DNA of 64,000 nt from Patescibacteria group bacterium (GTDB taxonomy: Bacteria; Patescibacteriota; Patescibacteriia; SG8-24; DYFX01), in contig JBBTWH010000003.1 of NCBI GenBank assembly GCA_038062835.1, positions 2,666 to 66,665 on the forward strand. Direction: 5' to 3'. Positions 18,554-27,697 of the stretch are shown one piece after another (position 1 is the stretch's first letter; every line of letters begins with the position of its first letter). A program made the translations under genes and the position numbers. The notes under the pieces were generated by a model. That model saw nothing but the letters and a program-made list of their open reading frames with translations, ran no database searches and had not been told where the DNA came from.

Positions 18554-18570
18554 GGCGGCCGTTTTCTTTT
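18541..18570 (+). terminator. Rho-independent terminator
   Basis: ACGGCCGC-taa-GGCGGCCGT then TTTTCTTTT; TAA stop in the loop. Confidence 0.75.
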
Positions 18571-18624
18571 CGCGTGCCGGACCACGGCATTCGTGGTAAA
18601 ATCAGCAGGCAATCGTGCCTGTGT

Positions 18625-21372
18625 ATGAGCGAATTCCGCCTCTGGGTCCATAGGAAGGTCGCGCGCCTCGACGAGACGCGCGAACGAAGGTTCGTCGCGC
18701 TCGCGTCGGCCCTGATTTTCGCCGTCCTATCGCTCGGCCCGCAGGCGCTCCGCATCGTCGACGCCGCCATCGACTCTCCCGATATCAGCATCGATGAGCT
18801 CGGTGCGGAGCCGCTCCTCAATCCGGTGCGGTTCAAGGCGACGGTCCTGAACGCCATCGTCAGCCAGGTACAATTCCTGGTGCTGGACGCATCCGGCGCG
18901 AGTACGTCCGTTCCTGGCCACCACGCCGACACCGTAGGCCTGTCTCTTTGGGAATCCGATGAATTCATGGGCGAGCCTGGACGGTCTTACACCGTCAAGG
19001 TTCGTTACGCTTCTTCGACGACGCAGGGGCAGTTCATCGATTCGTCGCAGTCCGTCGCGTTCAGCATTTTCGATCCCGCGCAGGGCGCCGGTACCGGAAC
19101 AGGGACGACTGGTTCGACCGGCACTTCCGGAACGTCCGGCACGTCCGCGAACGCGTCGGTGGAGATTTTCCAGCTCGTCGCCTGGCCAGGCACGGAAACC
19201 AGGATCGAAGCGCGCGGCATGCACGCCGGCTTCACCGCGACTTCCGCCGCCTATCGCGTCCAATCGGTCACGGGACTCGCCTTCCTCGGCGAATTCCCGG
19301 CTGCGCAGGAAGCGGGCGGCGCCTGGCATGCCCTATTCCCGATACCGGGCGGCGCGCTCTATAAGGCGACGCTCATCGTGCGCGAAGGGACTCAGGACCA
19401 TGCATCCATCCCTGCGGAAGTCGCCGTGCCGGTCGAGGACGCGACAGGGACCCAAACGACGACGCCTGCCCCGACGGCCCCGGCGCCTGTCGTTTCCTTG
19501 CTTCTCCCGAATGCCGGCGCGTCGCTCATGAGCCCTGTCGCGCTGGCGGCGCGCGTCGAGAACGCCACTGCGACATCGGTGGGGTTCGAGGTGCTTGACC
19601 CGGCCGGCGTCTCTCGCGTCGTGCTCGGCGCCGCCGTCGCCGACGGACGCTGGACGGCGATGTTCGTCGGGAATCCGGGACAATATAGCTTCGGCGTCCG
19701 TGCCGTGCTCTCCGACGGCGCCGTCATCCCTCCGACTGACTTCCGACCATTCAGCATCGCCGCTCTACCGACCGAAAATGCGACGACGACCGGAACCGTC
19801 CCGCTTCCCGACCCGACCGCGCCCGAACCCTCCCCGGCCACGACGACGCCCGTCGTCACGCCGGCCGTCGAGATCTTCTCGCCGGACCCGTCCGCCGTGC
19901 CGTTCGCCGGACCGGTGCCGATTTCCGTCCGTGTCCGCAACGGCCTGCCGGAGAGGGTCGTCGCCGTCGTCATCGGACCGAACGACCGCGAGACGATCGT
20001 CGTCGCTTCTAAATCCGCGACGGGTGATTTCTGGACGGCTCTTTTCGACGGACCTGACGGCGAATACCGTTTCCGCGTCCGCGCCTCCGTCGCGGGCGAG
20101 GATTACTTCGCGCCTGAACGCCGTTTCGCGGTGAAGCGTCCCGCCGCGACGTCCGCGCCCGTACCGGATACGGCTGGACCTGGGCCTGTCGCGAACATGC
20201 CGATCCTGCCGTCCACTATCCTCAAGGACGGACCGCCGCCCATGACGGCGATCGTACCTGTCGACGAAAACCGGGGCGGTACGTCGAGCGCGCCGACGAG
20301 GCCGGACGTCGGCGGCGAGTCGATTCCTGAAGCGCTCCGTCTCGAATGCCGCGATGGCGGCATCCTGCCGGCCCGCTGCGTGGATTGGCTCAAGGCCAAG
20401 CATCAGAGCCGCGAGTGCGCGGAAGCCGGCGCCGTCACGAGGGAAGCGTGCCTCGCTGTCCTTGGCCGGCTGAACGTCGCCGTCGACGAGACGAACGTCT
20501 TCGGCATGGCCACCGATCGCGACATACTGGACGCGGTCGAAGCCGCCCGCGAGGTCGCCGGCAAGGCCATGAAGCTGGCCGAGATGCCGCCCGCGATCGG
20601 GCGCCTCCTGGCTTTCGAACCGCGACCGGAAGAACGCTGGAGGGTGATGGCGTCCCGGGACGATTCGCCTTCCTTGCTCATCCTCGACAACGACGGCGAC
20701 GGCCTGCCTGACGACGCCGAGCGGAGGTTCGGCACCGACCCGGACGCCGCCGACACCGACGGCGACGGCTTCAGCGACGGACAGGAAATCAGGAAGGGCT
20801 ACAATCCGCTTGGCCCCGGCGCGCTGGACAGGCCGCTGCGCGGCCTCGACAAGGCGACGCTCGAAAACCGCGAGATCGCGCAGCCGCGCGGCTCTTCCGC
20901 GCCCGTCGACCCATCCTTCACCATCGCCGCCGAAGCGGCAGCGCCGGCGTCCGAAGACGAAGTCATCCGCCTCTCCGGCAAAGCCGCCCCGAACTCGGTG
21001 GTCAGCATCTTCGTCTACAGCTATCTGCCGATCGTCGTCACCACCACGACCGACGAGAACGGCGACTGGACCTACGACTTCGGAAGCAAGCTGGCCGAAG
21101 GACGCCACGAGGCCTACGTCTCGATCAACGACGACACCGGCAAGCTCGTCGCCTCCTCCTCGCCGCTCGCTTTCTTCGTCAAGGAAGCGAAGGCCGTCTC
21201 GGAGGAAGACTTCCTCCGCCCCGACATCAACGTCGAGGAGGCTCCTACGACGTTCTCGCGCTGGTTCGTCTACGGCGGCATCGGGCTCGTCGCGCTCGCG
21301 GCCATCCTCGTCATCGCCATCGTCCTGCAGACGCGCAAGTCGCCGCTGAAGGGAACCGGAGACGAGCCATGA
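18625..21372 (+). CDS. Large cell-surface protein with Ig-like repeats, thrombospondin-type-3-like Ca-binding repeats and C-terminal TM anchor
   Basis: Start trimmed to MSEFRLWV; DNDGDGLPDDAERRFGTDPDAADTDGDGFSDGQEIRKGYNP repeats; C-terminal WFVYGGIGLVALAAILVIAIVLQTRK. Confidence 0.65.
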   Translation: MSEFRLWVHRKVARLDETRERRFVALASALIFAVLSLGPQALRIVDAAIDSPDISIDELGAEPLLNPVRFKATVLNAIVSQVQFLVLDASGASTSVPGHHADTVGLSLWESDEFMGEPGRSYTVKVRYASSTTQGQFIDSSQSVAFSIFDPAQGAGTGTGTTGSTGTSGTSGTSANASVEIFQLVAWPGTETRIEARGMHAGFTATSAAYRVQSVTGLAFLGEFPAAQEAGGAWHALFPIPGGALYKATLIVREGTQDHASIPAEVAVPVEDATGTQTTTPAPTAPAPVVSLLLPNAGASLMSPVALAARVENATATSVGFEVLDPAGVSRVVLGAAVADGRWTAMFVGNPGQYSFGVRAVLSDGAVIPPTDFRPFSIAALPTENATTTGTVPLPDPTAPEPSPATTTPVVTPAVEIFSPDPSAVPFAGPVPISVRVRNGLPERVVAVVIGPNDRETIVVASKSATGDFWTALFDGPDGEYRFRVRASVAGEDYFAPERRFAVKRPAATSAPVPDTAGPGPVANMPILPSTILKDGPPPMTAIVPVDENRGGTSSAPTRPDVGGESIPEALRLECRDGGILPARCVDWLKAKHQSRECAEAGAVTREACLAVLGRLNVAVDETNVFGMATDRDILDAVEAAREVAGKAMKLAEMPPAIGRLLAFEPRPEERWRVMASRDDSPSLLILDNDGDGLPDDAERRFGTDPDAADTDGDGFSDGQEIRKGYNPLGPGALDRPLRGLDKATLENREIAQPRGSSAPVDPSFTIAAEAAAPASEDEVIRLSGKAAPNSVVSIFVYSYLPIVVTTTTDENGDWTYDFGSKLAEGRHEAYVSINDDTGKLVASSSPLAFFVKEAKAVSEEDFLRPDINVEEAPTTFSRWFVYGGIGLVALAAILVIAIVLQTRKSPLKGTGDEP

Positions 21373-22745
21373 TCGCGTTCAAGAAATACTGGCAGATCAT
21401 CTACGCGATCGTCCTGATCGTGCTGGTGCCGATCCTGATCGTCGTCAACACGCTCTACGCCGTCCGCGGCTTCAAGGCCGATACCGACGTCGCCCTCCAG
21501 CGTCAGGCGCTGATCGTCGGCCGCCTCTTCAACGTCGCGGCGCGCGAGTCGCTGGACGACGCCACGAAGCTCCAGGCGCTCATCGACGACGTCGCCGGGC
21601 AGATCGGCGAAGTCCGTGCCCTCGAAGTCCTCGTCCCCGACGGCGGTGCGCTGCCGAGCGAGCGCTTCCGCATCGTCGCGGGGCTGGACGCCTCCGCCGT
21701 CGGCAAGTCTTCGAGCCAGATCCAGAACGTCCTGGCATGGACGCAGGACGAGGCTTTCGCTTTCCTGACGCGCTCCGACGATCCCTCGTCGAACGACGAG
21801 GACGCGCCGCGCGCTTCCGGCAAGCGCTACTGGGCCGTCATCATGCCGATCGTCGACGCCGCCGGACGGAAGCAGGCGCTCGTCTACATGAAACTTTCGC
21901 TTGAGACGCTCGACGCGCGCGTGGCCTCGACGCTCTTCAGAGCGTATCTCCTGCTCTCGCTGACGGTGCTCGTGACCGTGCTCATCCTCGCCTCCAACAC
22001 GCGCCTCTTCCAATACGCGCTTCTCTTCCGGAAGTTGAAGGAGGTCGACAAGATGAAGGACGAGTTCATCTCGATGGCTTCGCACGAGCTGATGACGCCG
22101 ATCTCGGCCATCAAGGGCTTCCTTTCTCTCTTCCTCGAGAACGCCTTCGGACCGTTCCAGGGCGTGGCGCGCGAGAAGATGTCGACGCTCTACACGCTTT
22201 CGGAGCGTCTGGGCGATCTCGTCGAGGACCTGCTGAACGTCTCGCGCATCGAGCAGGGACGCCTCTCGATCGATCCGGCGCCGTCGCAGCCTGAAGAGCT
22301 GGTACGCGGCGTGATGGAGGAGCTCGAGAGCAACGCCAAGAACAAAGGCCTCGCCTTCTCTTTCGACGCGCCCGCCGCCCCGCTGCCGAAGATCTCCGTC
22401 GATCCGGCGCGCGTGAAGCAGGTGCTCGTCAACGTCATCGGCAACGCCATCAAATACACCCCGAAGGGTTCCATCACGGTCTCGGCCTATCTCGAGGAGG
22501 GCAAGGTCAAGATCAAGTGCACCGACACGGGTCTCGGCATGTCGCCGCAGGCGCGCGAACGGCTGTTCCAGAAGTTCTATCGCATCGCCACCGACGCCAC
22601 GCGAAGCATTCCTGGCACGGGACTCGGGCTCTGGATCACCAAGCAGCTCGTGGAGCTCCAGCACGGACAGATCTACGTCGATTCGATCGAAGGCGTCGGC
22701 ACGCAGATGTCGATCGTCTTCCCGGCCGTGCCCGACAAGGCATGA
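21369..22745 (+). CDS. Sensor histidine kinase (no cognate response regulator nearby)
   Basis: N-terminal TM, H-box HELMTPISAIKGF, HATPase_c (GLGLWITKQLVELQHGQIYVDS); ATGA overlap with upstream gene. Confidence 0.85.
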   Translation: MIAFKKYWQIIYAIVLIVLVPILIVVNTLYAVRGFKADTDVALQRQALIVGRLFNVAARESLDDATKLQALIDDVAGQIGEVRALEVLVPDGGALPSERFRIVAGLDASAVGKSSSQIQNVLAWTQDEAFAFLTRSDDPSSNDEDAPRASGKRYWAVIMPIVDAAGRKQALVYMKLSLETLDARVASTLFRAYLLLSLTVLVTVLILASNTRLFQYALLFRKLKEVDKMKDEFISMASHELMTPISAIKGFLSLFLENAFGPFQGVAREKMSTLYTLSERLGDLVEDLLNVSRIEQGRLSIDPAPSQPEELVRGVMEELESNAKNKGLAFSFDAPAAPLPKISVDPARVKQVLVNVIGNAIKYTPKGSITVSAYLEEGKVKIKCTDTGLGMSPQARERLFQKFYRIATDATRSIPGTGLGLWITKQLVELQHGQIYVDSIEGVGTQMSIVFPAVPDKA

Positions 22746-22832
22746 TCACGGATGCGAGGAGGCGCCCTTGACGGGGCGCTTTTTCCGAGGTACGCTCCGG
22801 CCGGTCCATTCGACAAACAAGGAGATCGCAGA

Positions 22833-24017
22833 ATGAAGAAAAGCGTGCGAAGCGACGCGGCCCCCGATGCCATCACCCCCATGCTCCTGAAGCTCAGGGC
22901 GAAGAAGACGCGCAAGGAGCCTGTCATCGTCGCCGTGGCCGGTGGTTCCGGCGACGGCAAAGGCCACCTGATCGGACGCCTGATCGAGAGGCTGGGCACG
23001 GACGCCGTCTCCGTCCTGCCGCTCGACAACTACTACATCGGCGTCGGGAGGATGCGGGAGACGGGCGTCCCGCACTTCGACCATCCCGCCGCGCTCGACC
23101 TGGCGCTCGCCGCCAAGCACCTCGCGAAGGCGCGCGTCGACGAGACGTCGAAGATCCCGACCTACGACTTCCCCAGCGGGGAACGCGTCGGCGACGAGGA
23201 CTTCACGGCCAAGGCGTTCATCTTCGTCGACGGCCTCTTCGCCTTGCGGGATTCCGACATCCGCGCCGTCGCCGACCTCAAGATCTTCGTCCGTTCCGAT
23301 CATGACAGTTCGATGCTGCGACGACTGTTCCGCGACGCCGGTCCGACCGGCCGCACGCGGCAGACGTCGAGCGAGGTGCTCGAGCAGTACTTCACGACGG
23401 TATACCCCGCCAAGAAGGAGTTCATCGATCCGACGGCATCGGCCGCCGACGTCGTCGTCGAGTCGCAGTACGATCCGGCCGTCGAAGCGCTCCTGGCCGG
23501 ACCGGCCCAGTTCCAGCTCAAGGCCCGCGGCTTCCGACCGGACGACCATGTCACGGCGCTCTGCCGCGCCGTGCGCCTCGGCGCCACGGTCACCCAGACC
23601 GACCGCTTCATGCAGCCGAAGTCGCGCGACTTCAGCGGAGAGATGCTCCGGCTGCGCATCGAGAACGGCGAGGTCCTCATGACCTACAAGGGGCCGTTCC
23701 ACGCCTCGCGCATCGGAACACGTCCGGCGACATCGCCCATCCCGCTGCCGATCGACGCGATGAAGTGGTTCCGCGACGACTACGACGTCGTCGCCACGTT
23801 CAAGAAGCGGCGAACCCTCTTCCTCGCCGACGACGTCCTCATCGCGCGCGACGAGATCGAGGGTCTCGGGAACTTCTTCGAGGTCCGCTCGACCTCCGAG
23901 CAGCGCCGGCCGCGGATGCGCGCGCTGCTCGGAAAGCTCTGTCCCAAGGAGCGCCTGCTGACGCAGAGCTACCTCGAGCTCTGGAAGGAGCGCGCCTCCT
24001 CCACGACCGCGATCTGA
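22833..24017 (+). CDS. Uridine-kinase-family P-loop kinase fused to a C-terminal CYTH-like domain
   Basis: VIVAVAGGSGDGKGHLIGRLIERLG Walker A typical of Udk/PRK; C-terminal EIEGLGNFFEVR-type CYTH strands; AAGGAG SD; start trimmed from table ORF. Confidence 0.55.
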   Translation: MKKSVRSDAAPDAITPMLLKLRAKKTRKEPVIVAVAGGSGDGKGHLIGRLIERLGTDAVSVLPLDNYYIGVGRMRETGVPHFDHPAALDLALAAKHLAKARVDETSKIPTYDFPSGERVGDEDFTAKAFIFVDGLFALRDSDIRAVADLKIFVRSDHDSSMLRRLFRDAGPTGRTRQTSSEVLEQYFTTVYPAKKEFIDPTASAADVVVESQYDPAVEALLAGPAQFQLKARGFRPDDHVTALCRAVRLGATVTQTDRFMQPKSRDFSGEMLRLRIENGEVLMTYKGPFHASRIGTRPATSPIPLPIDAMKWFRDDYDVVATFKKRRTLFLADDVLIARDEIEGLGNFFEVRSTSEQRRPRMRALLGKLCPKERLLTQSYLELWKERASSTTAI

Positions 24018-24035
24018 TCCGCGAGACCCTCCAAC

Positions 24036-24063
24036 CTCCCCTATACAGGGGAGGATTTTTTTA
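24036..24063. terminator. Bidirectional terminator between convergent genes (hairpin-family element)
   Basis: CCTCCCCT-atac-AGGGGAGG followed by TTTTTTTAT. Confidence 0.6.
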
Positions 24064-25470
24064 TTCCCCGCGGACGAGCCAGTCCTTCAGGTGCGCCGTG
24101 GCGCGGACGTCGTCCTCGTTGTAGTCCTTGATCTTGTCGAACATGGCGCGGTCCTTCTTCTCGCACCATTCCTGGAACCAGAGGACCGAGTTCGCGCCGG
24201 AAGCGTCCGACGCGCGCCAGCGGAAACCCAGGTGCTTGGCGACGTCCTTCAGGGAATAGAAGTAGAGGGGAAAGATGACGCAGCGCTGCGTCACGCGGTT
24301 GAGGTCGATCATGTTGGCGGGGTCGAGCGCCGCGGCGGCTTTCTTGGAGATGCCGTATTTGGCGGAGAGGCGGCGGATGGCGTCGAGTTCGTACCAGCCG
24401 TAGTGATAGATGGGCGTACCGGCGTAGCCTTCGATGAAGTCGCAGAACTCCGTCCAGGCGCGGCCTTCGTCGGCCGGGTCCTCGGCCGCGAAGGCCTTGT
24501 ACGTCTCCTTGCCGCCCTCGCGGATCAGGAGGCCGTGGAGATATTCGACGCCGATCATCGGGTCGCCCTCGATGTCGAAATGCAGTTCCGTGTCCGTCTC
24601 CGGAAGGCGCGGCTCGTCGATGCGGATCGTCCTCTTGTCGTGCAGGGATTGCGCCTGGAGGTGCAGGCGGTCGAGACGGTGGTCGGAGACGCCCTTCACC
24701 TCGGCGTGGACCGCGGCAAGGTCGGCTTCGGCGAGCTTCGTCAGCGTGCCGTATCCCGCCTCGCGCAGGCGGCGCATCTCGCTCTTGTAGATCTTGTATA
24801 TCAGGCTGATGTCGTCCGCTTCCTCGGCTTCCCTCTTGCACATCCCGTGCCACGGCGAATCCTTGCAGCTCGACATGAACGAGAGCGACGGCTTCTCGCC
24901 GGCGCGGATGGCCAGGATGCGATCTAAGACCTCGAAGAAGCCCGGCTCGGCGGCATCGACGGAGAACCTCCGCTCCTCGCGATCTACGTTGATGATGACG
25001 CCGTCGTCCGGCTTCACGCCCTGGATCTTCTTGAGCAGCAGCGCGTAGAAGACGAGCTGGTAGGACTGCGCCTCGGTGATCTCGCGGCTCGACTTGATGT
25101 CGATGGCCTCGTAGGACCAATCGCCGAAATCGGACGGCGTCTCGACCCGGCGCAGCAGGTCCGGACGTCCGGACCATTCCCCGTCGAGCAGCGTACCTTG
25201 GTAGATGAGCGCGGCGCCGCGCTTCATCGCCTTGAGCGTGGCGGCGAAAAGCTCCTCCGGCTCGCCCCCGGAAGGCATCTCCTCGTACGGGCCGAGCTTC
25301 TCGACGCAGCGGCGTTCGTGCAGGACGCCGTCCTCGCGTAATTTCTGCAGCATCGGCGGCACATCCCCCTTGTCCTTGGGGTCTCCGAAGATGTCCCAAT
25401 AGACCCAATGCGGGCACTTGAGATAGCGGTAGAAGGCGTCGGCGGTGAGGTGCGGAAGCTTCACGGGCAT
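24061..25470 (-). CDS. RecB-family nuclease (PD-(D/E)xK domain plus C-terminal RNase-H-like 3'-5' exonuclease domain)
   Basis: YEAIDIK PD-(D/E)xK-like motif, C-terminal HFDIEGDP DEDD-like motif; start trimmed to MPVKLPHL. Confidence 0.5.
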   Translation of the reverse strand: MPVKLPHLTADAFYRYLKCPHWVYWDIFGDPKDKGDVPPMLQKLREDGVLHERRCVEKLGPYEEMPSGGEPEELFAATLKAMKRGAALIYQGTLLDGEWSGRPDLLRRVETPSDFGDWSYEAIDIKSSREITEAQSYQLVFYALLLKKIQGVKPDDGVIINVDREERRFSVDAAEPGFFEVLDRILAIRAGEKPSLSFMSSCKDSPWHGMCKREAEEADDISLIYKIYKSEMRRLREAGYGTLTKLAEADLAAVHAEVKGVSDHRLDRLHLQAQSLHDKRTIRIDEPRLPETDTELHFDIEGDPMIGVEYLHGLLIREGGKETYKAFAAEDPADEGRAWTEFCDFIEGYAGTPIYHYGWYELDAIRRLSAKYGISKKAAAALDPANMIDLNRVTQRCVIFPLYFYSLKDVAKHLGFRWRASDASGANSVLWFQEWCEKKDRAMFDKIKDYNEDDVRATAHLKDWLVRGE

Positions 25471-25564
25471 ACGCGGATACGGTACACGACCTTCCTGAAA
25501 CGAAGAAGCGACGCCGCGAGGCGCCGCCCCGAGCTCAGTCGAGGGGACTGTCCTCGCGCCGCGC

Positions 25565-25969
25565 TCATCGAGCTTCAAGGATGACGATGGCGACGGCGGA
25601 AAGCCGGCGGTCGCCCAGGTCGCTGCCGGTCGCCGTCAGCACGGTGCCTGGCTTCAATTCGGACGCGGGAACGGGAGAACCGCCGACGGTCGTGATGGTC
25701 GTGTCGGACTCGACGATCAGCTCGTCGTACGCCTGCTTGGATTCCATCTTCACGACCCTGCCGTCGAACTCCACGACCGTGCCGAAGAGCGTGGGCGGCT
25801 GCTGCTGGAGCCCGACCGGACCCTTGGGAGGCCGCGCCTCGACCGCGCCGTTCCTCAAGCTCGAAAGCAGCGAGGCGTACGCCAGGACGGATATGAGCGC
25901 CCCGGCGGCCATCCCGACGAGGACCCATAGTACGACGGCGTGCGTGACGGGCTTCCGATGCCAGAACAT
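25565..25969 (-). CDS. Hypothetical membrane-anchored protein
   Basis: 134 aa, one N-terminal TM. Confidence 0.4.
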   Translation of the reverse strand: MFWHRKPVTHAVVLWVLVGMAAGALISVLAYASLLSSLRNGAVEARPPKGPVGLQQQPPTLFGTVVEFDGRVVKMESKQAYDELIVESDTTITTVGGSPVPASELKPGTVLTATGSDLGDRRLSAVAIVILEAR

Positions 25970-25970
25970 G

Positions 25971-26597
25971 CTACTTGGATTTCGCTTCGACGATGACGGA
26001 CGTCATCTTGTCCCCGCCGCGAAGCTTGTCGACGACGTCCTGGCCCTTGGTGACCATGCCGAAGACGGTGTAGAGCGGCAGCAGCGGCGTGTCCTCGAGC
26101 ATGATGAAGAACTGGCTGCCGTTGGTGTTCGGTCCCGCGTTGGCCATAGCGACGATGCCCTTGGCGTACGGACGCTTCACCGGTTCGTCCTCGAAACGGT
26201 AGCCGGGGCCGCCCGCGCCGGTGCCGGTCGGGTCGCCGCCCTGGATGACGAAGCCCGGGACGTACCGATGGAAGGTCAGTCCGTCATAGTAGCCGCCCTT
26301 CGTCAGGTAGACGAAGTTCGAGACGGTCTTGGGCGCTTCCTCCTCGAACAGCTCGAAGACGATCTCGCCCTGCGTGGTCATCATGCGGATCCGGCGGTCC
26401 TTGATCTGGTTCTCCGGCAGCGCGCCCGGGAACTCCCATCGCTTGTCCATATCGGCGGTATTAGGTGTTGAAGTCGGGACAGTCAGTTTGCCGGTTTCGG
26501 CGGCGAGCGGGGGCGCGGAAGCAGGTTCGGTCGGCGCGGGGGCGCAGCCGGCTCCAACGAGGAGCAGCGCCGCTATAAGAGGGTATGAGCGTTTCAT
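25971..26597 (-). CDS. ppiB: Peptidyl-prolyl cis-trans isomerase, cyclophilin type (lipoprotein)
   Basis: FHRYVPGFVIQGGDPTGTGAGGPGY...SQFFIMLEDTP cyclophilin signature; lipobox LLLVGAGCAP; start trimmed. Confidence 0.85.
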   Translation of the reverse strand: MKRSYPLIAALLLVGAGCAPAPTEPASAPPLAAETGKLTVPTSTPNTADMDKRWEFPGALPENQIKDRRIRMMTTQGEIVFELFEEEAPKTVSNFVYLTKGGYYDGLTFHRYVPGFVIQGGDPTGTGAGGPGYRFEDEPVKRPYAKGIVAMANAGPNTNGSQFFIMLEDTPLLPLYTVFGMVTKGQDVVDKLRGGDKMTSVIVEAKSK

Positions 26598-26604
26598 ATG
26601 GACT

Positions 26605-27678
26605 TCATGATACCAGCCCGATGACTTTTTCGGCCAGCGCCTCGCGCGCGCCATGTCGGAAGAGCGCCTGGAGACCGAGGCCGAGCCGTCGCGCATCTTC
26701 CGGTTTCTTCAGCAGGTCGCGCGTGAAGGTGACGAGCTGTTCCGGCGTGAGATCGAGCTCCCTGAACATCCGGGCGCCCCCCCGCTCGACGACGTATTCG
26801 GCGTTCTTCTCCTGGTGCGAATCCGGGATGGGTACGAGGATGACGGGTTTGGCCAGGGCGGCGAGCTCGGTCAGCGTGCCCATGCCGGCACGGCCGATGA
26901 CGACGTCGGCGGCGGCCATGAGATGCGCCATGTCCTTGCCGACGAAATCGAAGCGATGATACCGCTCGGGATGCGTGAGCTGCGGCAGTCTCACCGGCGT
27001 CTTTTCCAGGCCCGTGATGTGCGCCAGATCGGCGAAGCCCGTCCAAAGCGGCGACGCGGAAGCGATCAGCTCGTTCAGGAAGACGGAGCCGGTGCCACCT
27101 CCGAAAGCGAGCACGACGGGGCGCTCGCCCGTGACGCCGAGGAGCGCGAGTCCCTTGGCGCGGTCCCCTTCCTCGACGGATTTACGCACGGGATTGCCGA
27201 TGACCTCCGCCTTGCCTGGCGGGAAATCCGCGAGCGACGGTTCGAAGGCTACGGTGACGATGGACGCGGAGCCGGCCAGAAGCGTGTTGCTGAGCGAGGG
27301 TACGACGTCCTGCTGATGGATGATGATCTTCACGCCGCGCAGGCGGGCGGCGAACCCGACAGGCACCTGCACGTAACCTCCTGCGCCGATGACGGCGGCA
27401 GGCTTTTCCCTTTTCAGGATGTCGCCGGCGCGCCAGACCGATGCCGCGAATTCGAACGGCAGGGCCAGCGTCTTCAGGCTGAAGTATCGGCGCAGCTTGG
27501 GCGACGCGAGCGGCAGGAAGCGCATGCCGGCTTCCGCCACGAGGCGGGCCTCGGGGCCGTCAGGCGTGCCGACGAAGACGCATTCCGCGTCTGGCTTGAT
27601 GCGGCGGATCTCATTGGCGACCGCCAAAAGCGGCGTGACCGGCCCGAGCGTCCCTCCGCCCGCGAAGAGGAATTTCAT
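26605..27678 (-). CDS. murG: Undecaprenyl-PP-MurNAc-pentapeptide UDP-GlcNAc transferase
   Basis: MKFLFAGGGTLGPVTPLLAVANE... and C-terminal GT28 domain; start trimmed. Confidence 0.85.
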   Translation of the reverse strand: MKFLFAGGGTLGPVTPLLAVANEIRRIKPDAECVFVGTPDGPEARLVAEAGMRFLPLASPKLRRYFSLKTLALPFEFAASVWRAGDILKREKPAAVIGAGGYVQVPVGFAARLRGVKIIIHQQDVVPSLSNTLLAGSASIVTVAFEPSLADFPPGKAEVIGNPVRKSVEEGDRAKGLALLGVTGERPVVLAFGGGTGSVFLNELIASASPLWTGFADLAHITGLEKTPVRLPQLTHPERYHRFDFVGKDMAHLMAAADVVIGRAGMGTLTELAALAKPVILVPIPDSHQEKNAEYVVERGGARMFRELDLTPEQLVTFTRDLLKKPEDARRLGLGLQALFRHGAREALAEKVIGLVS

Positions 27679-27697
27679 ATCTGCCACCGTACCTTTT

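Noticed and set aside
19765-23702. ORFs 19765..21108(-), 21270..22664(-), 22746..23702(-)
   Set aside because: Antisense to the surface protein, histidine kinase and Udk-CYTH genes; D/E/R/G-rich
24041-25417. 458-aa minus ORF (alternative frame) and 24091..24927(+)
   Set aside because: Alternative and antisense frames of the RecB-like nuclease gene; Arg/Gly-rich
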